A stretch of 63,318 bases of DNA, filler included, from Octopus bimaculoides (Eukaryota): assembly GCF_001194135.2 (NCBI RefSeq). It is 7 parts of 7 records of this genome, joined end to end, with 100 filler letters (N's around TTAATTAATTAA, not from the genome) between each part and the next. Parts side by side here need not be neighbours in the genome. Positions count along the whole stretch, not along the records: positions 3,919 to 29,003 come from NC_069004.1; 6 more parts are not named here. One strand, written 5' to 3'. Position numbers and translations under genes: made by a program. Numbering within the stretch: the first letter of the stretch is position 1; each line of letters starts with the position of its first letter. Positions 13,040 to 25,514 of this stretch are shown here, piece by piece. Below the pieces are notes generated by a model that was not told the DNA's origin, ran no database searches, and saw only the letters and a list, made by a program, of their open reading frames with translations.

Positions 13040-13500
13040 ATCATCATCATCGTTTAACATCCGCTTTCCATGCTAGCATGGGTTGGACGATTTGACTTAG
13101 GACTGGCGAACCGGATGGCTGCACCGGACTCCAATCTGATCTGGCAGAGTTTCTACAACTGGATGCCCTTCCTAACACCAACCACTCCGAGAGTGTAGTG
13201 GGTGCTTTTACATGCCACCGGCACGAAGGCCAGTCAGGAGGTACTGGCAACGGCCACGCTCGAGATGGTGTTTTTTACATGCCACCTGCACAGGAGTCAG
13301 TCCAGCGGCACTGGCAACGACCTCGCTCGAATGTTTTTTCATGTGCCAGTAAGGTGACGCTGGTAATGATCACGCTCAAATGGTGCTATTTACATGCCAC
13401 TGGCATGGAAGCCAGACAGCTGCTCTGGTAATGATCACGCTTGGACAGTGCTGTTAGCGCTCCACTGGCACAGGTGCCAATCATCGAATTGGGTTCAATT
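13040..13500 (-). mobile_element. 3' end/UTR of RTE-related retroposon with (GAT)n tail
   Basis: CATCATCGTTTAACATCCGCTTTCCATGCTAGCATGGGTTGGACG is nearly identical to the 3' end of the RTE copy at 20376-20570. Confidence 0.75.
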
Positions 13501-13647
13501 ACGATATATACATATATAGATATATACATTAAAAATATATTGAAAAAGTAAATACATATACCGGTCGACTTACAAATTATAAAACAAAGTCATAAAAAGA
13601 GTTAAGAGTCTATAAAAATGTTTGGGTATTACTAATCCAGTTAATAA

Positions 13648-13714
13648 TCCTACGGCCATTTTCTGAGGTTCGATTGTCTTATCCATTATTGGACACCACC
13701 TCCTTCATCAGGGA
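13648..13714 (-). ncRNA. Degenerate minimal type I hammerhead motif in a COG6 intron
   Basis: Minus strand UCC-CUGAUGA-A-GGAGGU...ACCUCA-GAAA-AUGGCC-GUA-GGA. Stem III resembles a CpG-decayed ACGGCCGU palindrome. Closing pair of stem II is mismatched. Confidence 0.55.
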
Positions 13715-14253
13715 AAATAAGTTTCTAAAAAAGGCTCACATGTACTGCTTATTTTTTAATGGGAATTACCTACTGAGTGTTTTTATAGAGCTATATGCAA
13801 AAGACCAGGGAGTGGAAGAGTTTTTGAGTGGCTGGAGGAGGAGATACAATGCATGATAAAATAAGGCTGCTGAAATTGATGTTTCTGTGTCTTTGTGATT
13901 GGGTTGTGTTTGTCCCAACTCTTCAGTTTGACAACTGGTGTTTATGTCATCATAACTTAGTGGTTTGGCAAAAAACACTGATAGAATAACTGCCACATTT
14001 AATAAGTAAGTGCTGGAGTTGATCTGTTTGACCAAACCTTTGAAGGTGGTGCTCCAGCATGGCTGCACTCCAATGACTTGAAACAAAAAAAAAATATAAA
14101 AATAAAAGTAAATCAACAAATATTCAGATTTGAACCCCCAAACCTTATCTTCTGCCCGAAGGCCCTACTTAAGGGTCACACCCTTCAAGTAGGTCGTTGT
14201 GCTTTCTTTTTCGATCTTTTCTATTTGTAACTCCCATTTATCTTCTTTTCCAG

Positions 14254-14345
14254 GTGCGTGTTGATCAAGTCTTAGCTGCTGAGCAAGATGCTGTAGTGTT
14301 AAACAAACTGAATAACTTGCTGAAGTTTTACCATAATACTGTAAG
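14254..14345 (+). CDS. COG6: COG6 internal exon, VRVDQVLAAEQDAVVLNKLNNLLKFYHNTV
   Basis: ttttccag acceptor and AG|gtgagt donor. NLLKFYH.T motif. 92 nt. Confidence 0.95.
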
Positions 14346-15246
14346 GTGAGTTGAGGTTATTTTGTGTGTGTGTGTGTGTTATCATTGCTGTTATTTTTAT
14401 TATTATTATTATTATGAGCTGGTTGAAGTGTTACAGAATCAGGAAAATGCTTTGCAGTATTTGTTGTGACTCTTTCGATTCTTAATTCAAATTCTGCTGC
14501 TGTCAACTTTGCATTTCATTTTTTAGGGGTCAAAGAAATAAGTATCAATTGAGTGCTGGATGGATACTTGTTGCACATCCTGTTTGATTTTGACACTAAC
14601 ATAATAAAGTGATATTGTTAGATAATATTGATATAATTATACTGGGTGGTGTGTCTTGCTTAAAGTTTAACACTTTTATATTTATAAAAAAGACAAAAAC
14701 ATGTTATTTTCTGACATTAGCAAAAAGCCATACATTTTGTATGGGGTGGGGCTATAATTGATTATATTGATCATAGTGCCTAACTTTTTTTAATATTATC
14801 AATCCCAGAAGGAGAAAAATCCAAATTCAACTCCCATGGAATTTGAACTTAAACCATATAAGAATAATGATTTTCAACATTGGCATGAGGTCACAAATTC
14901 TAGGTGATATTGGGATTAGTTGATTATATTGATCTCAGTCCTTATTCGATTGCATGAAAGGCAAAGTTGATCTTAGCTGGATTTGAACTCCAAAATGTAA
15001 AATAATGGTTTCGAATTTAAGGGATTTTAAGTACCAAGTGTTTGATTGGTATTTATTTTATCAATCCTGAAAGGCTGATAGGTAAAGCTGACCTCAGTGG
15101 AATTTGAACTCATAGCATAAAGAGCCAGAAGAAATGCCTCTAAGCATTTCGTCTGATTTGCTAACGATTCTGCCAGTTCGTCACCAACAACAATACATTG
15201 CAGTGTGAGGGTTTTTCTCCATGGGAATTTATGTTTTTTGTTGCAG

Positions 15247-15361
15247 GCAAATTCTTGGTGATTCAGCTTCATTGACAGTTACAGTTGAAGAAATGGCCAC
15301 ACTTAGTCACCAGATGTTCTTTAACAGTCTAAATTGTCATGCTAGTAAACTGCTTGACAAG
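15247..15361 (+). CDS. COG6: COG6 internal exon, RQILGDSASLTVTVEEMATLSHQMFFNSLNCHASKLLDK
   Basis: ttgcag acceptor. FFNSL..HASKL.DK motif. Ends AAG|GCAAGT (GC donor) to give DK|VELPPP. 115 nt. Confidence 0.93.
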
Positions 15362-15440
15362 GCAAGTTTATTCTTGAAACTATTTTATTGTTGTTGTTGC
15401 TGTTTGTATCCCCCACTGCCCAGATCAAGCAGACCTATGG

Positions 15441-15740
15441 TCAAAGGTACATGGCTTGTACAGCTTTCACTAACCACTCACTTATCCCTAGCTTCTGCAT
15501 TTCCCACCAGATAAGTGAGTGGAGGAACCTGTCAAAGGCTTTCTCCTTGTTAACAAATGCCAAATACAGGGGTTTATTTTTGACCAGGTACTTATCTTGC
15601 AGTTGCCTCACCAAGAAAATAGCATCAGTAGTGCCTCTCCGTGGCACAAATCCAAACTGCATCACATCTAGGCTAACTCTCTTCCTAATTAATTGAGTTA
15701 TGTCTCTTTCTGTAACTCCCATCACCTGATCCAGCAATTT
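15441..15740 (-). mobile_element. RTE-clade LINE RT fragment
   Basis: MQFGFVPRRGTTDAIFLVRQLQDKY...LYLAFVNKEKAFDR corresponds to RT domains 2-3. Confidence 0.9.
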
Positions 15741-15892
15741 GATGCCTCTGTAATTATTTCTGTCTGAGGCATCGCCCTTGCTTTTGTAGTAGTTGCACCT
15801 CTACTGTAACAATAAACACTATAACACACCCCTCCAACCATGCTACTTCCCTCAACCCCTGTCATAATGACCATTTTGCATTCTGTTTACAG

Positions 15893-16024
15893 GTAGAACT
15901 GCCGCCCCCTGATCTTGGTCCTACTTCATCTTTGAAAGAATCTCTACAACTTCTGCGAGATGTTCTGGCATGTCAAGATGCCTCAGTAGTTCCATTGGAC
16001 AACAAAAAGCAGGATTTCAAACAA
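15893..16024 (+). CDS. COG6: COG6 internal exon, [44 protein letters not shown]
   Basis: tttacag acceptor and CAA|gtaaca donor. [10 protein letters not shown] and SVVPLD motifs. 132 nt. Confidence 0.96.
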
Positions 16025-16939
16025 GTAACACCCTTTTTTTCATTCTTCAAAATCTGTTTTATTCATTTTCCTTTTTTAAATTTTGTTGTTCATTGTATTT
16101 TTATGTCTGTATTACTCAGTACAGAACAAATACCACTTAGGACTTGTGATTTGAAAGGCTTTAGTTTTAGGTTGATATCCATTCTTCCACTGGTTCATTC
16201 CTCCCTTATTCCCTGTCCATTTGCTTATCCCTCTGCCTGCCCACCTGTCCATCCATCCATCCACCCATCCTCATCAAACCCTCCCTCCCATGTACATCTC
16301 ACATTTCAAGCCCCAACAAATGTTGAACTCTACAAAATTCTAGTGAAGCCCATGATAATGAAGTATTGCTTCCATATCTCATCTGCTTGTTCCACCATTG
16401 AGGGTCTTTGGGTGTTGACTGCATTTGGTCTGGGTCCTTGTCTTCAACTCTGCCACCTAGGGTGACCCTACCTACCAGGAGTTTATAACTCCTGATAGCA
16501 TTGCTCTCACAGTCATTGATCCAGTGGATGAAGGGGGCTGCACATGATGGACATGCAACAGAAGGTGTCACTCAAAACTATACCCAGGTCAGCAGCAGCC
16601 CATTGCAGTTTCGTAACTGGGTCCTACATGTCTCATTCTATGTGCTGCAGAGGAAGGTCACGAAGTGGCAAGTTGAGGTCCATGCCATTGGCACTTTCCA
16701 TGCCATTGGCACAAATCCATGCCATTGGCACTTTCTTCTACCGATGATGATGACGGCTTCCATATCTGGCATAGTGTTACTGCTATGCTTACAGACATCC
16801 TGGCCTGTGTCCAGAGACTGGACACTTTAATGATTGACATATAGTCACCCACTGACATGTTCCGGCCCATGACCTGCAGACATGCTGTCTCTTCTCTCGG
16901 CTTTTTCTACAGGTGTTATAATAGCCTCTATTTCTCGGC

Positions 16940-17241
16940 TCAGTAATTAGAGTGTTCAGCACACAATCATGAGGTAGTGAGTTCGATTCCCAGTGTGTTG
17001 TGTTCTTGAGCAAGACACTATATTTCACATTGCTCCAGTTCACTCAGCTGTAGAAATGAGTTGCGCTGTCCAAGCTGTGCTGGCCTTTGCCTTTCCTTTG
17101 GATAACATTGGTCGTGTGGGAAGGGTAGGTTGGTATGCATGGGCAACTGCTGGTCTTCCACAAACAACCTTGCCCAGACTTGTGCCTTGGAGAGTAACTT
17201 TCTAGGTGCAATCCCATTGTCATTCATGACCAAAGGGGTCT
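16940..17241 (+). mobile_element. tRNA-derived SINE (family also at about 28010-28550, 48690-48880, 22020-22270, 30378-30635)
   Basis: GAGTTCGATTCCC box B, TTGAGCAAGACAC core and shared 3' end CTAGGTGCAATCCCAT. Confidence 0.75.
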
Positions 17242-17636
17242 TATACTGTTGATCTTTATTGCCAAACTGCTAAGTTAGGGGGACATAAACACATTAACAC
17301 CAGTTGTCAAGTGGTGGGGGAAACAAACACACACACACACACACACGTACATATTTACTATGGGCTTCTTTCATTTTCTATCAAGTCCAATCATAAGGCT
17401 GAGGTTATAGAAGATACTTGTGTGTGTGTGTGTGTGTGTTTGTGTATACGTGTGTGTGCGCGTGCATACTTTTTGATTTTTGTAATTGGCAGAAAGTTAC
17501 CAAACAATTGACTACAGGGTTGAGAGTTTTGTAACTTGAATTTCTTTCTTCTACAGAGTGACTTATAAATTCTTTATGGAATGTTTGATTTACAGCTCAG
17601 TGCTACACTAACTTTCATGTATGTTCCTTCTTTCAG

Positions 17637-17804
17637 GTTCTCTCCTGTGTTGTTGACCCAGTGCTACAGATGTGCTCAGTGTCTGCCAGCAGGTTAAATA
17701 CAGTTGATATGGCAGCTTATATGACCAACTGTATATACCTCACGCAAAATGCTCTTGCTGTTTACCATTTCACAGACAGTAGACTGGAGATGTTGCAGGC
17801 TCAG
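17637..17804 (+). CDS. COG6: COG6 internal exon, VLSCVVDPVLQMCSVSASRLNTVDMAAYMTNCIYLTQNALAVYHFTDSRLEMLQAQ
   Basis: tttcag acceptor and CAG|gtaagg donor. VLSC..DP.LQMC..SAS and FTD.RLEMLQ.Q motifs. 168 nt. Confidence 0.96.
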
Positions 17805-18503
17805 GTAAGGTTTTCTCTCGATGTTGTGGAGAGCATTCATTTTCTTATTGACATTTCTCATTTATGTCCTCTTCAGATTTTCAGTTATATACTTCCATTG
17901 AAATAGGGCCCCTATTTTTCCTTTATGCCAATCCTCATAAATATCGTTATATTTGTCATGCTGAATTCAGTCTAGAGTGTCTTGCATTACTCGTCTGAAT
18001 GAAGAAGAAATGTTCAGAGAAACAAATTCCGTTTTTCTTTCCTAGTTTTAATTCTAGTGTCATTTTATTCAGTAACCTCGCTATTTTCAAGCTAAGTGTT
18101 AAATATTATTGAAGTTAATTAATCCTGGTAAAAATGTGCTGTTTTCACCTTTTAGTTTTGTTTGAGTATTTTATTTGGCTTCCCTTGTTATATTTTTGGC
18201 ATGGGGCAGCCATCCTACTTGGTCATTCATGGTGCATCCTCCCATCCCTTCCCCACTGCCTATACTAGAAGTCTTTCTCCTAGAACTTTCTCTACCTCTC
18301 CCACTGCTATTTTAACTTATGTAAGCAATGGTCTCTACCACTGGTAGGCGTGACAAGTGTGAAGCAAATAAGTGACAGTAAATTAAACACAGGTTGAAAT
18401 GTATATGAACTTGTATGATATGTCTGGCAAATATCCTTGCAAACCTTTTTAGGCACAGAATGTTGTCCCCCATTCCCATGTTCCCTCTTACCACTCCTTC
18501 CTC

Positions 18504-20000
18504 ACCCTTAGAGTTGGCATGCTCAACTTGGGCACATTGAAAGTTAAGTCTGGTGAGATTGTTAAGATGCTGGAATGGCGGCATGTAGATGTATGTTGCA
18601 TCCAAGAAGTAAGGTGGAAAGGAGCTTCTGTCAGGTTCTTCACAGACAAAGAGCATTAGTATAAAATTTGGGTAGGCAATAGTGATGGGGTCAGTGGTGT
18701 GGGCATGCTTCTTGCAGAGAAGTGGGTTGATAGGGCAATCGAGGTAGTCTGAGTGTGTGAAAGGATACTTAAGCTTAGACTGGTTTTGTAAAGTGGGACA
18801 ACAACTATTATTTCTGCCTCTGTCCCTCAACTGGTGCTACCAAATGAACAGAAAGACCAATTTTATGACATACTTTTGAAGACTACCTTGACAACAAATG
18901 ACAATGACCTCTTTGTGGCCGGTGAAATCAATGGACATGTTGGGCATCAGGGTGGCTTCCATGGACATGTTGGGCATCAGGGTGGCTTCCATAGCATACG
19001 TGGTGGCAATGGATTTGATTCCCGAAAGGAGGTGGGAACCAGGCTGCTGGAGTTCTGTGAGCTTATGATCTGCAATACTAACTTCAGGGAACCAGCCAGT
19101 TACCTGTTCACCTTTTAATCTGGTGGACACACAAGCCAGATTGACTACATTCTCACCAGAAAATGGGAAAAACAGTTGCTTACAAATGAAAAGACCTTCC
19201 CAGGTGAAGAGTGCTCCCCTCAACATAGGTTAGTTGTTAATGATTTCAGTCTCTGCTCTCTCATCTGGTGGTCAATGTGGAAGCTAGGGATAGATGAGTG
19301 GTTGAGTGAGCACTGTACAATTCATGTACAGAGATGGTGTCAGTAAGGTGAGTGTCGACAATGAGTATAGCAATGAATTTAATCTACAAGTAAGTGTTCA
19401 CCAAGGATTGGTTTTCATCCCCTTCTTATCTATCCTAGTCCTCCAGGCCATAACAGACAAATTCAAGACTGGCTACCCATGGGAGCTCCTCTACACTGAT
19501 GACATTGTTCTTGTAGCTGAATCACTACATGAAATAGAGAGGAAACTTCAGGTGTGGAAGCTATATCTGTAATCTAAGGGCTTTAGAGTTAGTTTAGCAA
19601 AGGCCAATGTCCTCGTAAATAGGAAAACAGACAAATTACAAATCCCTTCAGGGAAATGGCCCTGCTCAGTAGTTCAGAAAAACATTGGTTGAAACTCTGT
19701 ATGGTCTACCCAGCACAAGCTATGGATACATTAGAAGTGATGCAGTATCTCAGAAAGATTAACATAGAAATTAGTATTTTTGTGTGACAGGTGTGTGGGT
19801 ACAATAAACATTAAGAACGTGCAGAGAATAGACTTCCTCAGTTGTTAAAGGTGGTCCTTAGGAATAGTAGATAGCTTCTGTTACCTAGGTGACCAAGTTA
19901 GCAGTAGAGGGGGAAGTTTTGAAAATATAGCTGTTGGAATAAGAATGGGCTGGGCAAAGTTCAGAGAGCAACTATCTTTGTTGGTCACAAAGGGCATCTC
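18504..20000 (+). mobile_element. Internally deleted RTE LINE: AP-endonuclease fused to RT 3' half
   Basis: LRVGMLNLGTL..VCCIQEVRWKG, VAGEINGHVG, CNTNF, QIDYIL and QHRLV (endonuclease), then VHQG...WELLYTDDIVLVAES (RT). Exact 30-bp tandem duplication at 18931-18990. Confidence 0.9.
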
Positions 20001-20190
20001 CTGTGGAGATGACAATGGACAGAGACTTCTGGTGATTTACTGTGCTTGAGGAGACATGTCAAGCTAAGTAAAACGATGGCCATCCATACATAGAAGCATG
20101 TTCTTTAGTCCATGTTCTTCCATTCCCTCTCTCAGCCAAGAGGTCTTTGTCTTGCAGGCTTGGGGGTGCAGGTGCCATGTCATGTAGAAA

Positions 20191-20372
20191 AGTACCTGTG
20201 CTGGCACCATGTAAAAAAAAGCACTTGTGCTGGTGTCACATAGCAATGCACTCATGTGACACCACATAAAAAAGCACTCGTGCTGGTGTCACATAGCAAG
20301 CACTCATGCTGACACCACGTAACAAAGCACTTGTGTTGGTGCCATGTACAAGAGCACTCATGCTGACATCAT
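20191..20372. repeat. Degenerate ~24-bp tandem array (GTGCTGGTGCCACGTAAAAAGCACT-like), about 8 units
   Basis: Periodic AAAGCACT and GTGCTGG motifs. A similar array lies at about 21535-21680. Confidence 0.65.
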
Positions 20373-20375
20373 GTC

Positions 20376-21495
20376 ATCATCATCATCATCATCGTTTAAC
20401 GTCCGCTTTCCATGCTAGCATGGGTTGGACGATTTGACTGAGGACTGGTGAAACCGGATGGCAACACCAGGCTCCAGTCTGATTTGGCAGAGTTTCTACA
20501 GCTGGATGCCCTTCCTAACGCCAACCACTCAGAGAGTGTAGTGGGTGCTTTTACGTGTCACCCGCACGAANNNNNNNNNNNNNNNNNNNNNNNNNNNNNN
20601 NNNNNNNNNNNNNNNNNNNNNNNNNNNNNNNNNNNNNNNNNNNNNNNNNNNNNNNNNNNNNNNNNNNNNNNNNNNNNNNNNNNNNNNNNNNNNNNNNNNN
20701 NNNNNNNNNNNNNNNNNNNNNNNNNNNNNNNNNNNNNNNNNNNNNNNNNNNNNNNNNNNNNNNNNNNNNNNNNNNNNNNNNNNNNNNNNNNNNNNNNNNN
20801 NNNNNNNNNNNNNNNNNNNNNNNNNNNNNNNNNNNNNNNNNNNNNNNNNNNNNNNNNNNNNNNNNNNNNNNNNNNNNNNNNNNNNNNNNNNNNNNNNNNN
20901 NNNNNNNNNNNNNNNNNNNNNNNNNNNNNNNNNNNNNNNNNNNNNNNNNNNNNNNNNNNNNNNNNNNNNNNNNNNNNNNNNNNNNNNNNNNNNNNNNNNN
21001 NNNNNNNNNNNNNNNNNNNNNNNNNNNNNNNNNNNNNNNNNNNNNNNNNNNNNNNNNNNNNNNNNNNNNNNNNNNNNNNNNNNNNNNNNNNNNNNNNNNN
21101 NNNNNNNNNNNNNNNNNNNNNNNNNNNNNNNNNNNNNNNNATCCAACGGAGCATACTGGCTTCATTCCTTGCGAGCTTACGTATGTCCTCAGCAGTTACA
21201 GCCCATGTTTCACTGCCATGTAGCATGGTTGTTCGTACGCATGCGTCATACAGTCTGCCTTTTACTCTGAGTGAGAGTCCCTTTGTCGCCAGCAGGGGTA
21301 AGAGCTCTCTAAACTTTGCCCAGGCTATTCTTATTCTAGCAGCTACACTTTCAGCGCACCCACCCCCACTACTAACTTGGTCGCCCAGATAGCGGAAGCT
21401 ATCGACTACCTCTAGTTTTTCACCCTGGAATGAGATAGAAGTTGTTTCCTGTTTGTTTGCAGTCTTTATTGCACCTGAACATCTGCCACAAACAT
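20376..21495 (-). mobile_element. Young RTE LINE 3' part spanning an assembly gap
   Basis: Uninterrupted EKLEVVDSFRYLGD...RIAWAKFRELLPLL..RLYDACVRTTMLHGSETWAV at 21141-21495. 3' UTR and (GAT)n tail at 20376-20570. Confidence 0.88.
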
Positions 21496-22622
21496 TTTGC
21501 CTGTAGAAAAACATGTAGAAAAACATTTGTGTTGGTGCCACATTGAAAGCACTCATGCCAATCCCACATTGAAAGCACTTGTGCTGGCACCATGTTGTAA
21601 AAACACCCATACTGGCACCATGTTAAAAGCACTCATGTCAGCCCCATGTTAAAAACAACCATGCTGGTGCCACGTTTAAAGCATCCAACACAGTGTAAAG
21701 TGTAAAATGGTTGGCAGTAAGAAAGGACATCCAATGATAGAAACCATGCCAAAAGACTGTCCAACTCATGCCTGCATGAAAAACAGACATTAAATAATGG
21801 TGGCAGCAGTGAAGAAGAAGAAAATTGAAAAGAAAAATTTCTTCTATTTTACCTCTGTAGTACACTATTTCAGTAATATTCTTAAACCCCTCAGTTATCT
21901 TCTCAGCCCCTATAAACAGAGAAGCTAAAAGACCAGCATGCATTACTACAGCCGTGTCAATGATCTTATTAGATCAAAATGTTTGAAACAACACTGGGAT
22001 CATGTAAGCCTGAATATATTTACATATAGTGGTTAGTGTGTTTCACTCGCGACTGCACAACACACGGTTTCAGACCAGTTGGTGCAGTGTGTTCTTGAGC
22101 AAAACACTTCATTTCATGTTGCTCTGTGATTCCTTCAACATCTAACATGTGACACACCATGCACCAGTACAGGCAACGTTGATCTGATGGAAGGAGTGAG
22201 CTCACTTACTGCACAAATATTTGATTACTACAAACAAATTGTCTGTGCAGGTTGTTCTGTAAGAAATTGCAGAATCATCTTTCTAACTCAAGAGACTGCC
22301 AAGAGTATCCATCCATCCATCCAGCCATCCATTCCATCCATGGGTGGTAGACTTGATCTACTACCTATCCCTTTGGTGCCTCAAGATGGAGTAGATTCTG
22401 TTGCAAGCATTGGGTGAAGTCTCCAGTCTGAGGATAGATTCTTCCATTCCTTCGCCAGTCTTAGAGGCTGTGCAGTCCTTCCCTCTTTCAGTATTATATT
22501 CACACAATTTGAATATAATCACCATTTCCTGAAGGTTTTCCCATCCTGTTGTTCACCTGAATTCATTAATTGATATACTTAAAGCAATTTATTTTATTGT
22601 AGTTTGTTTTATATCATTTCAG

Positions 22623-22730
22623 ATCGATGCCCAAGTTGATACATTAGTCAGTGAACAGGCAGCTTTCATTCTTAACCGAGTGGACCTTGCCCATGTTTAT
22701 AGTACGATTCAAAACTATGAATCAAGCCAG
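22623..22730 (+). CDS. COG6: COG6 internal exon, IDAQVDTLVSEQAAFILNRVDLAHVYSTIQNYESSQ
   Basis: tttcag acceptor and CAG|gtctgt donor. DTL..EQA..L.R motif. 108 nt. Not in the ORF track. Confidence 0.93.
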
Positions 22731-24778
22731 GTCTGTTTCATGTTTCATTATTTTCACTAATTACATTGCAACCTAATCAAGAATAGATATTTTGCTTTAA
22801 TTTTACATTATTTTAGGTTTGAAATTGATGAAAGTGAAGTAATTATTTGTGATTTGCTTTACACATAGGTAAAACCTATTTCATCACATTTAATATTATT
22901 TAGTAATTCATATTATCAACCTCTTCTCTTGTGCCAACATCTTCAATTCTGGCACTCAATTCAGCCTCTTGCTTCCCATCACTTGAATACAAGCATCTCT
23001 GGAGTAACATTAAGTGACAGGGTGCACAGCTTAGTGATCAGTGAGTCTCTCTAGGTCAAGCCACTACACGTATCTCATAATACTGATTTCAAATTCTGGC
23101 ACAAGGCCAGCAATTTCAGAAGAGGAGTAAGTCAATTACATCGACTCCAGTGTTCAACTGCTACTTATTTTATCAACCCTGAAAGGATGAAAGGCAAAGT
23201 AGACCTCAGTGGAATTTGAACTCAAAACATGAAGTCAGAGGAAATGCTGCTAAGCGTTTTGCCTGGCATGCTAACAGTTCTGCCAACTCGCTTCATTGAT
23301 GTTCGGTAATACTGACATGTGGTTAGAATGTCACAAGGAAGAATTGGGCAGGAGAACAAGAGGTAAACCAAGAACAAAAAAGCTGGATGATATCTACAGC
23401 CTCAGTTGGTCACATATGGGAATGAAGTTTGAAAATCTATTGATGGTCGCTTCTGACAGAACCTCATGGTGGAGGAGGTGTCTGAAGACTCTATCCCCAT
23501 GAACCGCCCCCCNNNNNNNNNNCCCCCCCCCAGGAACAGTGGGGAGAGAAGATGGATCAATAATTGATATAATGTAAGTGAAAGCACGTGACTTTGTAGT
23601 TGGTGTGCTGGGTTCATGATTATAAGTTATAAGGTTGTAAGTTCAGGTTTAAGTACATTTTAAGTTTGGCACCAATACTACAAGAATGTTTTTTGTGTCC
23701 TTGGCCAGACTAAAGGGTCCTCTCCATATTGGGTTGTCTCTACTTGTTCGCCAACAACATTACAGTGTGTACTGGGTGCATTTTCTTGTAGTACCTGCAG
23801 GCCTTTACAAAAACCATTCATTTACCAACCATTTTACTGAGAGTCTTGGGTGTATTTTATTGTGCTAACAACAAAGAGAAATTGCCATGCCCTTCACTAA
23901 TTCAGAAGGTCGTCTTGACTCTCTCTTATCTCTGCAAACATCACCGTCATCATTTAATGTCTATTTTCCATGCTGATGTGGCTTGGACGGTTTGACAAGA
24001 GCTGGTAAGCTGGAGGGCTGCACCAGGTTTCACTCTGTTTTGGCATGGTATCTACAGCTGGATGTCCTTAAACCTTTATAAATATTCTGTGAGGTTTTCA
24101 AGTAAGACCCACACTGGCATACTGATGCCACGTCGGAAGTGTTGTTGCTGTGCACAGATATTCTAGATTGCATCCCCACCCAGAAAGGCCACCCACCTGA
24201 TTGATTAAATGTGTTTATGAGTTGCTCACTAACATACTTAAACCTCTGACTCACAGACCTTCCTCATTCCACCTTTTTTGCTGCTACCATAATGTATTTA
24301 TCTTGCTGGTCCTGAACCAAACTCACCCTTGTAGCCATCATCCTTGTAAGTCCTACACTAAGCACTGAATCCACTCTTTTCTCCCTCCCCCATGGTTGTT
24401 ATTTTCGAGTGAGACATCAACTACATCAACCTCGCCTGTCTTGAAAAGTCAGTGATAGTAATGGTTGCCACCACTTCCTCCGGGCAAATCATTAAAAGTA
24501 ATGTCCAAATTGTGATAGCTTGACAAATATTGGTTTCAAATTTTAGTACAAGGCCAGTAATTTCAGGGGACGGGGGTAAGTTGATGGCATCGACCCCAGT
24601 GCTTGACTGGTATTTATTTTATTGACTCTGAAAGGATCAAAGACAAATGAAATACCACTGAAATGCCATTATGCATTTTGCACAGCATGCTAACAACTCT
24701 GCCAGCTCACTGCCTTTAACTTGACAAATATTAAACTCAATTCTATATTCAGTGTATAATATGAGAAGATGATTTTTG

Positions 24779-25343
24779 GGATCTTTTTTAAAACGGGGGC
24801 CACATTTTTCATTAACGAAACACTTTGAAACTTGGAACACTGGTAGAATGTGTCATATAAAACATCTTTTTCTCTTAGTCTTCTTAAAAAAAAAAGAAAT
24901 CCCTAAGTTATTCCATGTTAAAGTTGTCGTATTTCTGTAATTTCAACCAATCACTGACGTCCATTCAGCCGATATACATTAAGTGCCGACTACATAAACA
25001 AACGATTCTGAAACAATTCTATCGGTGATAGGGTTAGGGTTAGGGTTAGGGTAAAACAGCAAATTTAAAAAGAAAAAAGAAAAACGAAGCTATGGAAATT
25101 AAATACGCTTTACATCGCTTAATCAGCCAAAGGGGTAAATGTAAACAACTGAATACTTGTCAGTGATTGGTTGAAATTATCGAAATAAGACAATTTTTTA
25201 CATGAAATAAATTCGAATACAAAAATATTTTTCTGTTCTATAACACAAAATAGATAAGTATACGAAGTTTGAAAGTCTTTCGGTACCAAAAACACTACGT
25301 AAAACATTAATGAAAAATGTGGCCCCCGTTTTAAAAAAGATCC
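24779..25343. mobile_element. 565-bp MITE, perfect 37-bp TIRs, 8-bp TSD (Merlin- or hAT-like)
   Basis: GGATCTTTTTTAAAACGGGGGCCACATTTTTCATTAA at 24779-24815 and its reverse complement at 25307-25343. TSD GATTTTTG at 24771-24778 and 25344-25351. Internal 21-bp inverted repeat at 24938-24958 and 25159-25179. Confidence 0.92.
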
Positions 25344-25460
25344 GATTTTTGATGTGGTGTATCAGAGAAACTTCCATTTTAATAATAAGACCTGTTTCTA
25401 TTTGAATCCATTAACATTATTGTTGAAATTTATTTGTGTATTTCTTTATCTCTTTTACAG

Positions 25461-25514
25461 GGAGAGATTTCATTGATGGAAGGAATGGATTCTCCAACAC
25501 TGAAATCAGCCATG
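25461..25514 (+). CDS. COG6: COG6 internal exon, GEISLMEGMDSPTLKSAM
   Basis: Pyrimidine tract plus tacag acceptor, ATG|gtagct donor. Aligns to the GSL..MP.LDS.TLKAAM segment. 54 nt. Confidence 0.88.
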
